NCBI GenBank assembly: GCA_963847625.1
Contig: CAWKAR010000041.1
Span: 1-64,000 of the forward strand
Reading direction: 5' to 3'
From: a candidate division FCPU426 bacterium
Lineage (GTDB): Bacteria; Oederibacteriota; Muellerivitia; Muellerivitales; Muellerivitaceae
Length of the DNA stretch: 64,000 nt
A program made the position numbers and the translations under genes. Under the pieces are notes generated by a model that was given only the letters and a program-made list of their open reading frames with translations, did no database searches and was not told where the DNA came from. Positions 20,690 to 29,982 of the stretch are shown here, one piece after another (position 1 is the stretch's first letter; each line of letters starts with the position of its first letter).

Positions 20690-22735
20690 TTGGACATTCC
20701 TTTGAAAATAAATTATCCCGCATATTTCCTGATTTTTTCCGCCACAAACGCGCTTTTGTCTTATACATCCTTTCAGATTGAAACCAAGCTGTGGATTGGC
20801 CTCATTGGCTTTGCGGTCCCTTTTTTCTTCGGGCTTTTGACGACCCTGAGAAAGTCTTCAGAGAGTGTTGATTTTTGCTCCAAGGAATGGATGACTTCTA
20901 TTCCTGGATGGGCCTGGGTCGTCATCATCGTTTTGGCTCTTCCGATGAGGTTTTATTGCCTTTTCAACTCGAACTGGCTGGTTTCAGACGAGGGAGTTTT
21001 TGGATTTTTGTCCCTGGAACTCAGCCGGAAATGGAACTGGCATTTAGTTTATTCCGCTCATGGCCAGATTCCGCCCCTTTTCAATTGGCTGCTCGCCCTC
21101 TATTTCAAGCTGGTTACTCCAACGATCCTTTCTATGCGATTTTTCATATTTACGCTTTCCCTTCTGTCCTTGATTTCCTTTTACCTCACCGCAAATCTCT
21201 TCTTCCGGAAAACCCTTTCGTTCTTGTGCTTTTCTTTATTCTGTTTCGGGTTTTGGCCTCTTTTTACTTTTAAGTTTGTTTATTACTTTTCCGCGGCTCT
21301 TTTATTCCAAATACTGGCCTTTTGGGCGCTGGGATCATGCCTTCGTTCCAATCCCGCTTCAATTGGCTTCGCACTATTGCTCAGTATTTTATTGGGCTTG
21401 GGTTTGTGGGTCTCCATTTCCTGGCCGTTGCTTTTGTTGATGGTCATTGTGCCTTTTGTCTTGAAACGGAAGGCATTTTTTCTTGAGCACGGGTTTTGGG
21501 TTTCCCTCAGCCCTTTGGGTCTTTTCCTCGGGGTGTTTTTGGCCTGCTTATTTTTTGAAAACAACCTCCAACATATCCGTTGGCTTTTAGTGAACGAATC
21601 AACGACAAATGTCTATGGACGATTGCCAAGCCTGTTTTCAAATTGGACGACACTTTTCTGGGAAGGGCATCCTCACAATTCGCTCGGGCCGTCCTGGGGA
21701 GGGATTCTGAACCCCCTCGAGGGAGCGGCCTGTTTATTAGGAATCCTGGAATTGATCAAATATAGAAAAAACAGATTTTCCCAATGGTTGATGGCTGCGG
21801 CGATGGTATTTGCTATTCCGGGCTTGTTAACCAACAATTATGAGTCTTTCCATAATCACCTTCTTCTGCCCGTTCTCATTGGAGTATGTGCTTTGGGAAT
21901 CCAAGCTGTGCTTTTGGAACTGCCTAAGCCTTTTAGATGGATCCTGCTTTTGATTTTTTTTCTATTCTCCGCGTCCCTTAATGCTTTTCATATCCTTCAA
22001 TCCGACAATCCGGCTGTTTATTCGGAGGATGTTTGCCAGCGAGCCTACCGAATATTAAACCACCATGCCAAAACCTTTGGGCCGGGCTTGGTTTTTCAGG
22101 ATATGGACTTGAATATGGATGACCAAACACTGACCCTGGCGTCGTATCACTGGAATGCCGCTCAAAATCAAAAGTTGGATCCTTTCCGCGTTCACTGGTC
22201 CGCTGTAATCGTTAATTCAAATTATAAATATTTTTTATCCCGTCGTTTCCCCGATATCCAGTGGTATTCGCTGGGCCCGGACGCTGTTTGGAACCTAGGA
22301 GGCCTTCTGTTGGCGATCATTCCCCAGACCCGTTCTAATGAAGGTGACATGCGGGAGTGGAATTTGTTCAATCTCAAATTACACGGCGTCACAACGCGAT
22401 TCTTCTTCGACCATAGTGCATCTCAAACAAAATCTATTTTTTCCCAACTTTTGGAATTGGAGGACCAGGCCGGGAAAGACCCATTTTTGGAATCTATTTT
22501 TTGCGAGAAGGTCATTTTCTATCTGCGGAATTCCGAGAATCCCCTCAACTTGTTGCCCTGGATTCAAAAAGCTGTCCAAAAGGGATATCCCGCGCCCCAC
22601 CTTTTGGTGGCGGAAGGGCTTCTCCTTCAAGCGTTGGGAAATCATAGCCAGGCCAAAGCCGCCTTCCAAAAGGCGGTCCAATGCCCTTTGAATGACACCC
22701 GGGCCAAAGATTTACTGGCGGCATTAAGCCGTTAA
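20690..22735 (+). CDS. Polytopic GT-C-fold glycosyltransferase (ArnT/PMT-like) with C-terminal TPR-like helices
   Basis: RF..L....L.SDEG loop, PPLFNWLL, SMRF, many TM segments; AT-richer than flanks; start uncertain. Confidence 0.65.
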   Translation: MDIPLKINYPAYFLIFSATNALLSYTSFQIETKLWIGLIGFAVPFFFGLLTTLRKSSESVDFCSKEWMTSIPGWAWVVIIVLALPMRFYCLFNSNWLVSDEGVFGFLSLELSRKWNWHLVYSAHGQIPPLFNWLLALYFKLVTPTILSMRFFIFTLSLLSLISFYLTANLFFRKTLSFLCFSLFCFGFWPLFTFKFVYYFSAALLFQILAFWALGSCLRSNPASIGFALLLSILLGLGLWVSISWPLLLLMVIVPFVLKRKAFFLEHGFWVSLSPLGLFLGVFLACLFFENNLQHIRWLLVNESTTNVYGRLPSLFSNWTTLFWEGHPHNSLGPSWGGILNPLEGAACLLGILELIKYRKNRFSQWLMAAAMVFAIPGLLTNNYESFHNHLLLPVLIGVCALGIQAVLLELPKPFRWILLLIFFLFSASLNAFHILQSDNPAVYSEDVCQRAYRILNHHAKTFGPGLVFQDMDLNMDDQTLTLASYHWNAAQNQKLDPFRVHWSAVIVNSNYKYFLSRRFPDIQWYSLGPDAVWNLGGLLLAIIPQTRSNEGDMREWNLFNLKLHGVTTRFFFDHSASQTKSIFSQLLELEDQAGKDPFLESIFCEKVIFYLRNSENPLNLLPWIQKAVQKGYPAPHLLVAEGLLLQALGNHSQAKAAFQKAVQCPLNDTRAKDLLAALSR

Positions 22736-22780
22736 AATCAGGATTGTTGCAGGTGTTTTCGGGCTTAACTTTAATTGAAT

Positions 22781-22808
22781 GACACTTATTGCGAAATCCT
22801 CGTCTAAT
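22781..22808 (+). promoter_or_regulatory. Putative ECF promoter
   Basis: GACAC-N15-CGTCTAAT, 50 nt before the GH5 ATG. Confidence 0.75.
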
Positions 22809-22858
22809 GAAGCGCTAAACCTTTTCATCAACAACTCCCAACACCAGGAGTATCCATC

Positions 22859-23899
22859 ATGAAAAAAATCCTTTTGCGGGCGGCCGGGTTGTGCTTATTG
22901 GCAACCCTGGCCGAAAGCTGCATGCACGGCTCGGTCCGGATGAACGCGGCCCCCACTTCCCTGGTGTCCCTCCGGGTCCAGGGAAACCATTTTGTGGATG
23001 CGAACGGAAACACGGTGGTCCTCAAGGGCCTGAACCTCTGCTATCCCTCCATCCTCCAGCGGGAAGGCCATTGGTCGGAGGATTACTTCAAACAAGCCGC
23101 GTCCTGGGGCGCGCGGCTGGTACGCGTTCCCATCGATCCGGGCAGTTACAGGAAAATCGGCAAGGAAAAGTACCTGGCCGTGCTCGACCAGGCGGTGGAA
23201 TGGTCGAAATCACAGGGGATGTACGTGATGGTCGATTGGCATTCCATCGGCAATCCTATTTCCGGGATTTTCCAGGAACCATGGCAGGAAGAAATGCGGA
23301 CAACCTTGCCGGAAATGAAGGAATTCTGGGCCGCGGTCGCGGACCGGTATAAGGACGAGCCGGCCGTGGCCTTTTACGAGATTTTCAACGAGCCGGCCGC
23401 CATGGATTGGAAAGGCGGGCATTTGGCCTGGTCCCAATGGAGGGACATGGCGGACGGGATCATCGACGTCCTATACGCCCACAATCCCCGGGCCATCCCC
23501 GTGGTGGGGGGCCTCCAATGGGCCTACGACCTGAAAGGCGCCGCCGCCGAGCCGCTGCGAAACCGGGGGATCGCATTCGCGGCCCACCCCTATCCCGGCC
23601 ACGCGCCCAAGGCGGTTTGGGAGGAAACCTGGGAAAAGGATTTTGGGTACCTGGCCAAGGATTATCCGGTGATATTGACCGAGTTCGGCTTCGACCCCCA
23701 TGACACGGTGATGCCGAGCGTCTATCAGGCCGATACGGATTATGGCCGCCGCATCCTGGCCTTCGCGAAAGAAAGGGGCATGTCCTGGACGGCGTTCGTT
23801 TTCTACAACGGCCCGGGTTGGCCCATGCCGCTCTTCAAGGACTGGAACTATACTCCCACCGAATCAGGATCTTTTTTCAAGGAGATGCTGAACCAGTAG
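22859..23899 (+). CDS. Glycoside hydrolase family 5 (cellulase-like), probable lipoprotein
   Basis: VRVP, VDWH, YEIFNEP (acid/base), HPY, ILTEFG (nucleophile); signal ending in Cys. Confidence 0.9.
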   Translation: MKKILLRAAGLCLLATLAESCMHGSVRMNAAPTSLVSLRVQGNHFVDANGNTVVLKGLNLCYPSILQREGHWSEDYFKQAASWGARLVRVPIDPGSYRKIGKEKYLAVLDQAVEWSKSQGMYVMVDWHSIGNPISGIFQEPWQEEMRTTLPEMKEFWAAVADRYKDEPAVAFYEIFNEPAAMDWKGGHLAWSQWRDMADGIIDVLYAHNPRAIPVVGGLQWAYDLKGAAAEPLRNRGIAFAAHPYPGHAPKAVWEETWEKDFGYLAKDYPVILTEFGFDPHDTVMPSVYQADTDYGRRILAFAKERGMSWTAFVFYNGPGWPMPLFKDWNYTPTESGSFFKEMLNQ

Positions 23900-23928
23900 C
23901 GCCATCGCTTAAAAGGGGACCAGCGCTT

Positions 23929-26157
23929 TTATTGACTCGAAAGGTATCCCGCGCAGAACACAAGCGCAGCGGTTTCGGAGGTTTCCCCCTCGTTGGAGGC
24001 CCAGGAGCCGTTCGTGTTGTTGGCGTCCACGAAACACTTGGCGGGCGGAGTGCCTCGGTTGATGACGGAAACCAACAGGGTATCGGCTCCCGTGGGATAT
24101 TCATTGGGTCCGCCTGAAACCCAGCCAGGCATGAGTTTCCCATAGTCATGGCTGGTCCAGTGCCAGGGATGCGCCGTGGAGCGGGTCCCATGGCCAGTGA
24201 CGAAGGAAAAGCCCAGGCTGTTCTCGCCCAACAGCCAGTCCATTTGCCTCAGGGCCGCCTCGCGGTACAGGGCGTTGCCCGTGGCCTCGAAACCAAAAAG
24301 AAGCAGGTTGGCCTTGTCCAAAAGGTTTTCGTTGGATTCCCACCAATACTCGTTTGCCGCCTGGACCACGCCGTAGCCGTTAGCCTGGGACGCCTTTACC
24401 AGGCTGTCGCAAGCCTCGGCAAGCGCCTTTTGGATCCCCTCCTTCAAGGGAGCCGGTGCCTTCGGGTCAAAACACAGGGCCATGTAGCCGAAAAACTGGG
24501 GTTCCATCCAACTGCCCTGTTTGAGATTTCCCAACGGTGCCTCCTTCCCGAAACGTTCCAGCAATTGGGGGTCCCCGGTCACCCGGGCCATTTCCCCCAG
24601 GGCCCAGATTTTTTCCTGGGAAGGATCCGTGTCCAGGTAGTCGGTATCGCGCTCGACCACGTTCGGGTTTTGCTCCAGCCATTTCCATGCTTTGTTGGCG
24701 GCCGCGAGGCACTTGCGAGCGTAGGCGGGGTCGGCCTCGCGGAAGGCCCGGGAGGCCAGGCACAGGGTCCCCACGAAGTCGGCCGCGTCGATGGTTCCGG
24801 GTTTCTTGTAGTACCGGGGAAAAGGGTCCTTTTCCGGCACGGTCCCGACGCAAAAGTGGTCTTCCGCGTCCACCTTGTGCAGGACGCTTCCGTCGGGCCT
24901 TTGCATCTTGAGCATCCAGTCCAAGCCCCACCTGGCCTGGTTGAGCAGGTCGGACATTCCATTGGAGGACTCCGGGATATTGATCTTCAAGCCGGCCATC
25001 TGTTTTTCCTTGAACTCGTAAAGCCACAGTATCCAGGAACAGCTGAGGCCCTCCTCCAGCACCCACTTGCCGTAATCGTCCGCGTTATGCCACCCGCCGG
25101 TTAGGTCTAGGACCTTGCCGTCCTCGTGGGACGGCGCGTCCTTCAGGTGGCAGGGCGGATGCTTGATGCCGGTCACGGGATCGTCAATGGCGGTGCCGCA
25201 ACGGATGACGTAAAAGGACCGCAGGGCGTCCTTGAAGAGTGGAAGATAGACCGAGGGGCCGACCTCGAAGGGCTGGGACTTGAGGCCGCCCACTTCCACG
25301 GTGTAACGGCCCGGACGGGTCAGGCCCGAAAAATCCACCTGGAAGACCTTCTCGCCCGTGGAGGGCGTGTCGTCCACCGCGTCCATGCGCAGGGTTCCGG
25401 TATAGGCTGTCTTGCCCGCCTCGTCCAGGATCTTGAAACGGTCGCCCAGTTGGGGGCCGCCCTGGAATTGGGTGAGGGCGAAATATTTTTCAGCGTCCGG
25501 CAGGTAGCCCTGCTGGTTGACCTTGGGTTCCTTGAGGATGGGATTGGCCTCGGGTGGCTTCAGGCTCGCCTCGGCCTTCTTGTAAAACTCGATGCCGTCC
25601 ACGCAGATATAGCCCTTGGAACCGGCCGAGCCTCCCGCGGACCATTGGACGCCGGTGACCTGGGTGGGGTCCCAGGGTTTGTGGGTGCCCCAGGTCTGGA
25701 CCAACTGGGAAAAGGGAAGCTCGTACAATTTCCATTCGGGGGTGAACTCGATAGGGAAGCTGTAGTGGTTGTACTCAGCGCTGGTGGAAGTGAGGGGGAC
25801 CTGGCAGTTCCAAAAGCCCTCCCCCTTGGCAAAAAACCGAACCCCCTCGTATTCCGAGAGGTCGGTGGCCTTGAAAGTGGTGTTCATGCCGGCGTAGGGA
25901 TACTGGATCCCGGTTTTGAGCTCGTATTCCACCTTGGCGCAACGGGCGGACTGGTACCCCCCCTCAGTAAAGGCGAAGGGCTTCGGGAGGATGGTGGAGT
26001 ATTGGTCGCACCAGGAGGACCAGACCCCTCCCAGGGGATTGGAATTGGCCGTGCCCTGGCAGTCGTCCACCAAAAGGGAGGCGGGGGAGGGTCGGGTTAA
26101 GAACAATAGGGGAATGGAAATAAACAAAAAATTTCTAAACAGGAAATGAAAACGCAT
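23929..26157 (-). CDS. Glycoside hydrolase family 9 with N-terminal CBM11/CIA30-like and CelD-type Ig domains
   Basis: GGAGGT RBS before ATG 26157; KVNQQGYLP, DLTGGWHNADDYGK, WLLGEN...SFVTG.G, HPWH, WASNE. Confidence 0.88.
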   Translation of the reverse strand: MRFHFLFRNFLFISIPLLFLTRPSPASLLVDDCQGTANSNPLGGVWSSWCDQYSTILPKPFAFTEGGYQSARCAKVEYELKTGIQYPYAGMNTTFKATDLSEYEGVRFFAKGEGFWNCQVPLTSTSAEYNHYSFPIEFTPEWKLYELPFSQLVQTWGTHKPWDPTQVTGVQWSAGGSAGSKGYICVDGIEFYKKAEASLKPPEANPILKEPKVNQQGYLPDAEKYFALTQFQGGPQLGDRFKILDEAGKTAYTGTLRMDAVDDTPSTGEKVFQVDFSGLTRPGRYTVEVGGLKSQPFEVGPSVYLPLFKDALRSFYVIRCGTAIDDPVTGIKHPPCHLKDAPSHEDGKVLDLTGGWHNADDYGKWVLEEGLSCSWILWLYEFKEKQMAGLKINIPESSNGMSDLLNQARWGLDWMLKMQRPDGSVLHKVDAEDHFCVGTVPEKDPFPRYYKKPGTIDAADFVGTLCLASRAFREADPAYARKCLAAANKAWKWLEQNPNVVERDTDYLDTDPSQEKIWALGEMARVTGDPQLLERFGKEAPLGNLKQGSWMEPQFFGYMALCFDPKAPAPLKEGIQKALAEACDSLVKASQANGYGVVQAANEYWWESNENLLDKANLLLFGFEATGNALYREAALRQMDWLLGENSLGFSFVTGHGTRSTAHPWHWTSHDYGKLMPGWVSGGPNEYPTGADTLLVSVINRGTPPAKCFVDANNTNGSWASNEGETSETAALVFCAGYLSSQ

Positions 26158-26207
26158 TAATGGACCTCCTGGAATGAGGGCGGTTTCATGAACTATGGAC
26201 ATCGCCT

Positions 26208-26236
26208 ATTAGACGGTAATTTGAGTCGTAGGTGTC
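26208..26236 (-). promoter_or_regulatory. Putative ECF promoter
   Basis: Minus strand GACAC-N16-CGTCTAAT, 50 nt before the GH9 ATG. Confidence 0.75.
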
Positions 26237-26390
26237 GGGAAATTTTTCCGGGGATTCAACCGCGGCCACGCTTTAAAAATGCCCTTCTTCCCTTGCTTGC
26301 CGGGGCGTCCCCTCATTATGATGCCTCTCATTCAATCCCTGCCGTAAAGCCGTTAAGGTAATCCCATTCTTTCGGACCGGGGGAGGGTTC

Positions 26391-27323
26391 ATGGCCGGAT
26401 TGGCCGATCAAGAAACCAATAACACACTGGATACCGCGGGCGTCGCGGCCGGCATCCGCCGGCGGGTCCTGGAACACACCCTCCGCAACAACGGGGGTTA
26501 CCTGAGCCAGGCCTGCTCCTCGGCCGAGATCCTCGCCACGCTTTACACCCGCGTCATGAAATTGGGTCCTGTGCCTGTCCCCATCAAACCCGCCCCCTTC
26601 GCGGGCGTGCCTGGCGACGGCAATCCCGATTACCGCCGGGGCGACTTCTACAACGGCCCGAAAGGGAAGGATCTGGACCGGTTCATCCTTTCCCCCACCC
26701 ACTATTCCCTCGTGCTTTACGCCACGCTGGTGGAGACCCGCCGCATGGACGAGGAGGGTTTCAAGGATTTCAACAAGGACGGCGGCATCCTGGAGATGAT
26801 CGGCGCCGAGCATTCCCCCGGCATGGAAGTCATGACCGGCTCCCTCGGCCAGGGCATCAGCCAGGCCGCGGGCATCGCCTTGGCCCGACGGCTCAAGGGC
26901 GACACCGGCAAGGTCTGGGTCTTCATGTCCGACGGCGAGCTCCAGCCGGGCCAGGTCTGGGAAGCCCTGCAAACCATGAGCTATTACAAGCTGGACAACA
27001 TGGGAATCTACGTGGATGTGAACGGCCAGCAATGCGACGGAAAAACTTCCGACGTCATGGGTTTGGAACCCCTCCAGGCGCGCTTCGAGGCCTTCGGCTG
27101 CGCCGCCTACCGGGTCAACGGCCATGAACCCTCGCAACTGGCCGCCCCCGCCCTGGCGCCCCATCCGGGCAAGCCCCTGGTGGTGCTTTGCGACACGATC
27201 CCCTGGAAGGGCATGGACCCCTTGAAGAGCCGGGCCCCTAAATTCCATTACATGCGCTTCAACAGCCCCGGGGAGCGAAAGACCTACGAGGAATACCTCA
27301 AGACCCTGCCGGGAGGGGGCTGA
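26391..27323 (+). CDS. Transketolase-like protein, N-terminal ThDP-binding subunit, divergent active site
   Basis: DRFILS..H, TGSLGQG, SDGE...GQVWEA...VDVNGQQCDG. Confidence 0.88.
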   Translation: MAGLADQETNNTLDTAGVAAGIRRRVLEHTLRNNGGYLSQACSSAEILATLYTRVMKLGPVPVPIKPAPFAGVPGDGNPDYRRGDFYNGPKGKDLDRFILSPTHYSLVLYATLVETRRMDEEGFKDFNKDGGILEMIGAEHSPGMEVMTGSLGQGISQAAGIALARRLKGDTGKVWVFMSDGELQPGQVWEALQTMSYYKLDNMGIYVDVNGQQCDGKTSDVMGLEPLQARFEAFGCAAYRVNGHEPSQLAAPALAPHPGKPLVVLCDTIPWKGMDPLKSRAPKFHYMRFNSPGERKTYEEYLKTLPGGG

Positions 27324-27325
27324 CC

Positions 27326-28333
27326 ATGGAAATCCTCTCCCGGGTGCACGCCAAGAAACTGGTGGAATGGGCTTTCGACAAGCCCGAGGTGGTGGTGTTT
27401 TCGGCTGACCTGACCTCCTCCAGCGAGGCGGACCTGTTCAAGAACGCCTATCCCCAGCGGTTCTTCTCACTCGGCATCGCCGAGCAGAACATGATGAGCT
27501 TCGCGGGCGGCATGGCCCGGGAAGGCTTTGTGCCCCTCGTGCACACCTTCGCGGTCTTCATCTACCGGCGCGCCTACGACCAAGTGGCCATATCCATTGC
27601 CTATCCCAACCTGCCGGTCAAGATGTTTGGGTTCCTGCCGGGCATCCTTTCCCCAGGCGGTGCCACCCACCAAGCCATCGAGGATATTTCACTCATGCGG
27701 TCCCTGCCGAACATGACGGTGCTGGAGGTGGGGGACGCCACGGAGGCGGAGTCGGTCCTGGAAACGGCCTACCGCGTGCCGGGCCCCGTTTACGTGAGGG
27801 CCCTTCGGGGGGAAGTGCCCCGCCTTTTCAACGCCTCGGAACCCATGGTGCTGAACAAGGCGAGGCGCCTGAGCACGGGCCAGGACCTCGCGCTCTTCAC
27901 CTCCGGCATCTGCACCGAGGAAGCGTGCAAAGCCGTCGAGGTGTTGAAGGCCAAGGGGGTGTCCATCGAGCACCTTCATGTTTCCACCCTGAAACCCTTC
28001 ACGGACCCCCAGGTCGTGGAGGCCCTATCCAAAGTAAAACTGGGCGCCATCACCCTGGAAAACCACACGATCATCGGCGGGCTGGGCACCTCGGTGGCCG
28101 AGGTCATCGCCGAAAAGGGGCTTAAATGCAAACTGGTCCGCATGGGCATCCAGGACCGGTTCCTCCACGGCGCCAGCCGGCCCACCCTGGCGAAAGAAAA
28201 TAAGATGGACGGCTTGTTTTTGGTCCGGGAAATTGAAAGTATTACGGGGAAGTCCTTTGGGATCACCCGGGAAGACCTGGGGTCGGTGCACCTGACCCCC
28301 GTCCACAGTGATTCCAAGGCGGAGGCGCTTTAA
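27326..28333 (+). CDS. Transketolase-like protein, C-terminal subunit
   Basis: ADL..S, GIAEQNM, TFAVF..RAYDQ, GATHQAIED, ENH.IIGGLG. Confidence 0.88.
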   Translation: MEILSRVHAKKLVEWAFDKPEVVVFSADLTSSSEADLFKNAYPQRFFSLGIAEQNMMSFAGGMAREGFVPLVHTFAVFIYRRAYDQVAISIAYPNLPVKMFGFLPGILSPGGATHQAIEDISLMRSLPNMTVLEVGDATEAESVLETAYRVPGPVYVRALRGEVPRLFNASEPMVLNKARRLSTGQDLALFTSGICTEEACKAVEVLKAKGVSIEHLHVSTLKPFTDPQVVEALSKVKLGAITLENHTIIGGLGTSVAEVIAEKGLKCKLVRMGIQDRFLHGASRPTLAKENKMDGLFLVREIESITGKSFGITREDLGSVHLTPVHSDSKAEAL

Positions 28334-29541
28334 TGGCTGAACCCCATCCTTGCAGCATTGAATTCTGCTCCAACTGCGACCGGTTCGGGGCCTGGTATCG
28401 CCTGACCGGAGACCGGCAAGAGGCCCTCACCAAGGCAAACGACCTTTGCCTGGAACAAACCGTGGAATTTCCCGCGGACCTGGTGCCGGAGGGTTTCATC
28501 AAGGACCATGTGATCGGCCAGGTTGCGGAATTCGGGCCGGACCCCAGCGCTCCGGGGGAAGCCTCCAGGGCCCTCATCACCTTCCTGAACGACGACACCG
28601 GATTCGAGCTCACCCAGGTTTTGAACGTTCTCTACGGCAACATCAGCCTGAAGAAGGGATTCCGGCTGGACCTCATCAAGGACTGCCGGAATTTCTGGAA
28701 CCGTTTCAAAGGCCCCCGGTTTGGCCGGGAAGGCCTGAGGAAGTTGCTGGGTGCGCCTTCAAGGCCGCTCCTGGCCACGGCCATCAAGCCTATGGGGCTT
28801 TCCGCAACGAAGTTGGCCGAATTGGCCGGGCATTTCGCCGCGGGCGGAATCGATCTGGTGAAGGACGACCACGGGCTGGCCAACCAGCCTTTCGCGGCAT
28901 TCACCGAGCGGGTCGAGCGTTGCGTTGAGGCTGTCCGGCAGGGATCCAAAAAATCCGGAAAGACCGTGCTCTATGCGCCCAACATCACGGCTCCCGCCGG
29001 GGAGCTGGAAGAGAGGGCCTGGTTCGCCATGGAAAAGGGGGCGGGCGCCCTCTTGATCTGCCCGGGTTTGACCGGGTTTGATTCCATGAGGAAATTGGCC
29101 GGCGACGATTCGCTTAACCTGCCCATCCTGGCCCACCCGGCCTTCCTGGGAAGTTTCGTTACCAGTCCCGATAACGGCATCTCCCACTTCGCGCTTTTCG
29201 GCCAGCTCATGCGCCTAGCCGGCGCCGACGCCACTATTTTTCCCCATAGCGGGGGACGATTCGGTTTCAGCACGGAGGAATGCCGCCGGATTTCCTTGGG
29301 GGTCGAGATGCCCATGGGACACATGAGGCCGATTTTTCCCATGCCGGGCGGGGGCATGAGCCTTCATCGGATACCCGAATTGCTGGAGTTCTACGGCAAC
29401 GAGGTTATCTTCCTGATAGGCGGCGACCTGGTCCGCCAAAGCGCCGATATCGAGGGGAACTGCAAAAAGTTCCGGGATGAGGTCGAGAAAAATTTCAAGA
29501 TCCAGAACGTCTATGAAAAGTCAAAAAAAGCCGGCGGTTAA
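28333..29541 (+). CDS. Form IV RuBisCO-like protein (DeepYkr-like, resembles 5-methylthioribulose-1-phosphate isomerase)
   Basis: EQTVEFP, GPRFG..GLR, IKPMGLS, KDDHGLANQ, AHP, GADATIFPHSGGRFGFS, PGGGMS, LIGG; TAATG coupling to the upstream gene. Confidence 0.88.
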   Translation: MAEPHPCSIEFCSNCDRFGAWYRLTGDRQEALTKANDLCLEQTVEFPADLVPEGFIKDHVIGQVAEFGPDPSAPGEASRALITFLNDDTGFELTQVLNVLYGNISLKKGFRLDLIKDCRNFWNRFKGPRFGREGLRKLLGAPSRPLLATAIKPMGLSATKLAELAGHFAAGGIDLVKDDHGLANQPFAAFTERVERCVEAVRQGSKKSGKTVLYAPNITAPAGELEERAWFAMEKGAGALLICPGLTGFDSMRKLAGDDSLNLPILAHPAFLGSFVTSPDNGISHFALFGQLMRLAGADATIFPHSGGRFGFSTEECRRISLGVEMPMGHMRPIFPMPGGGMSLHRIPELLEFYGNEVIFLIGGDLVRQSADIEGNCKKFRDEVEKNFKIQNVYEKSKKAGG

Positions 29542-29579
29542 GCGGGGGAGAAAAGGTTTTTTTGCTTTTTGAGCAAGCT

Positions 29580-29804
29580 TCAAGGGTTCGCGGAGCGGAG
29601 AATCAATTGCGCCCGGTCGAACTGGTTCGGAAACAAATCGGGCGGTACTTTTTCGGGGCCGAGTTTGGCCGCCACCATGAAGCGGGCGCAATTCTCGAAT
29701 TCCGACTTGCAAAATCTTTGTTTGTATAAGGTGCTTACCGCGGGCATGTTGGCCATCTGGTCGTTGAAAAAGATACACTTCGGAAGTCTTTGACACTCGG
29801 GCAT
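29580..29804 (-). CDS. Small Cys-rich hypothetical protein (74 aa)
   Basis: GGAGGT RBS; C..LPKCIFFND.M..MP...YK..FC......CARF.V...G...VP.DLFPN. Confidence 0.7.
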   Translation of the reverse strand: MPECQRLPKCIFFNDQMANMPAVSTLYKQRFCKSEFENCARFMVAAKLGPEKVPPDLFPNQFDRAQLILRSANP

Positions 29805-29945
29805 TTTGGACCTCCTTTTCAATCTGTTTCTTCCATCCCTCGCTTAAAATCACTTTAAAACCCAACTGAACGATAAACAAGTGGATAAACCTACGCTTTT
29901 CACAATTATCAGCCGAAATAAAATTTAAAATTGACATTTATAAGA

Positions 29946-29965
29946 ATATTAGTATTATCTTATAT
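29946..29965. promoter_or_regulatory. Putative ArsR operator overlapping a sigma70 promoter
   Basis: ATATTAG-N6-CTTATAT imperfect inverted repeat; TTGACA at 29931. Confidence 0.55.
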
Positions 29966-29982
29966 ATGAAGGGACGAATAGA

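Noticed and set aside
28333..29541. CO2-fixing RuBisCO
   Set aside because: KDDH rather than KDDE, form IV signatures, and no small subunit or phosphoribulokinase nearby.
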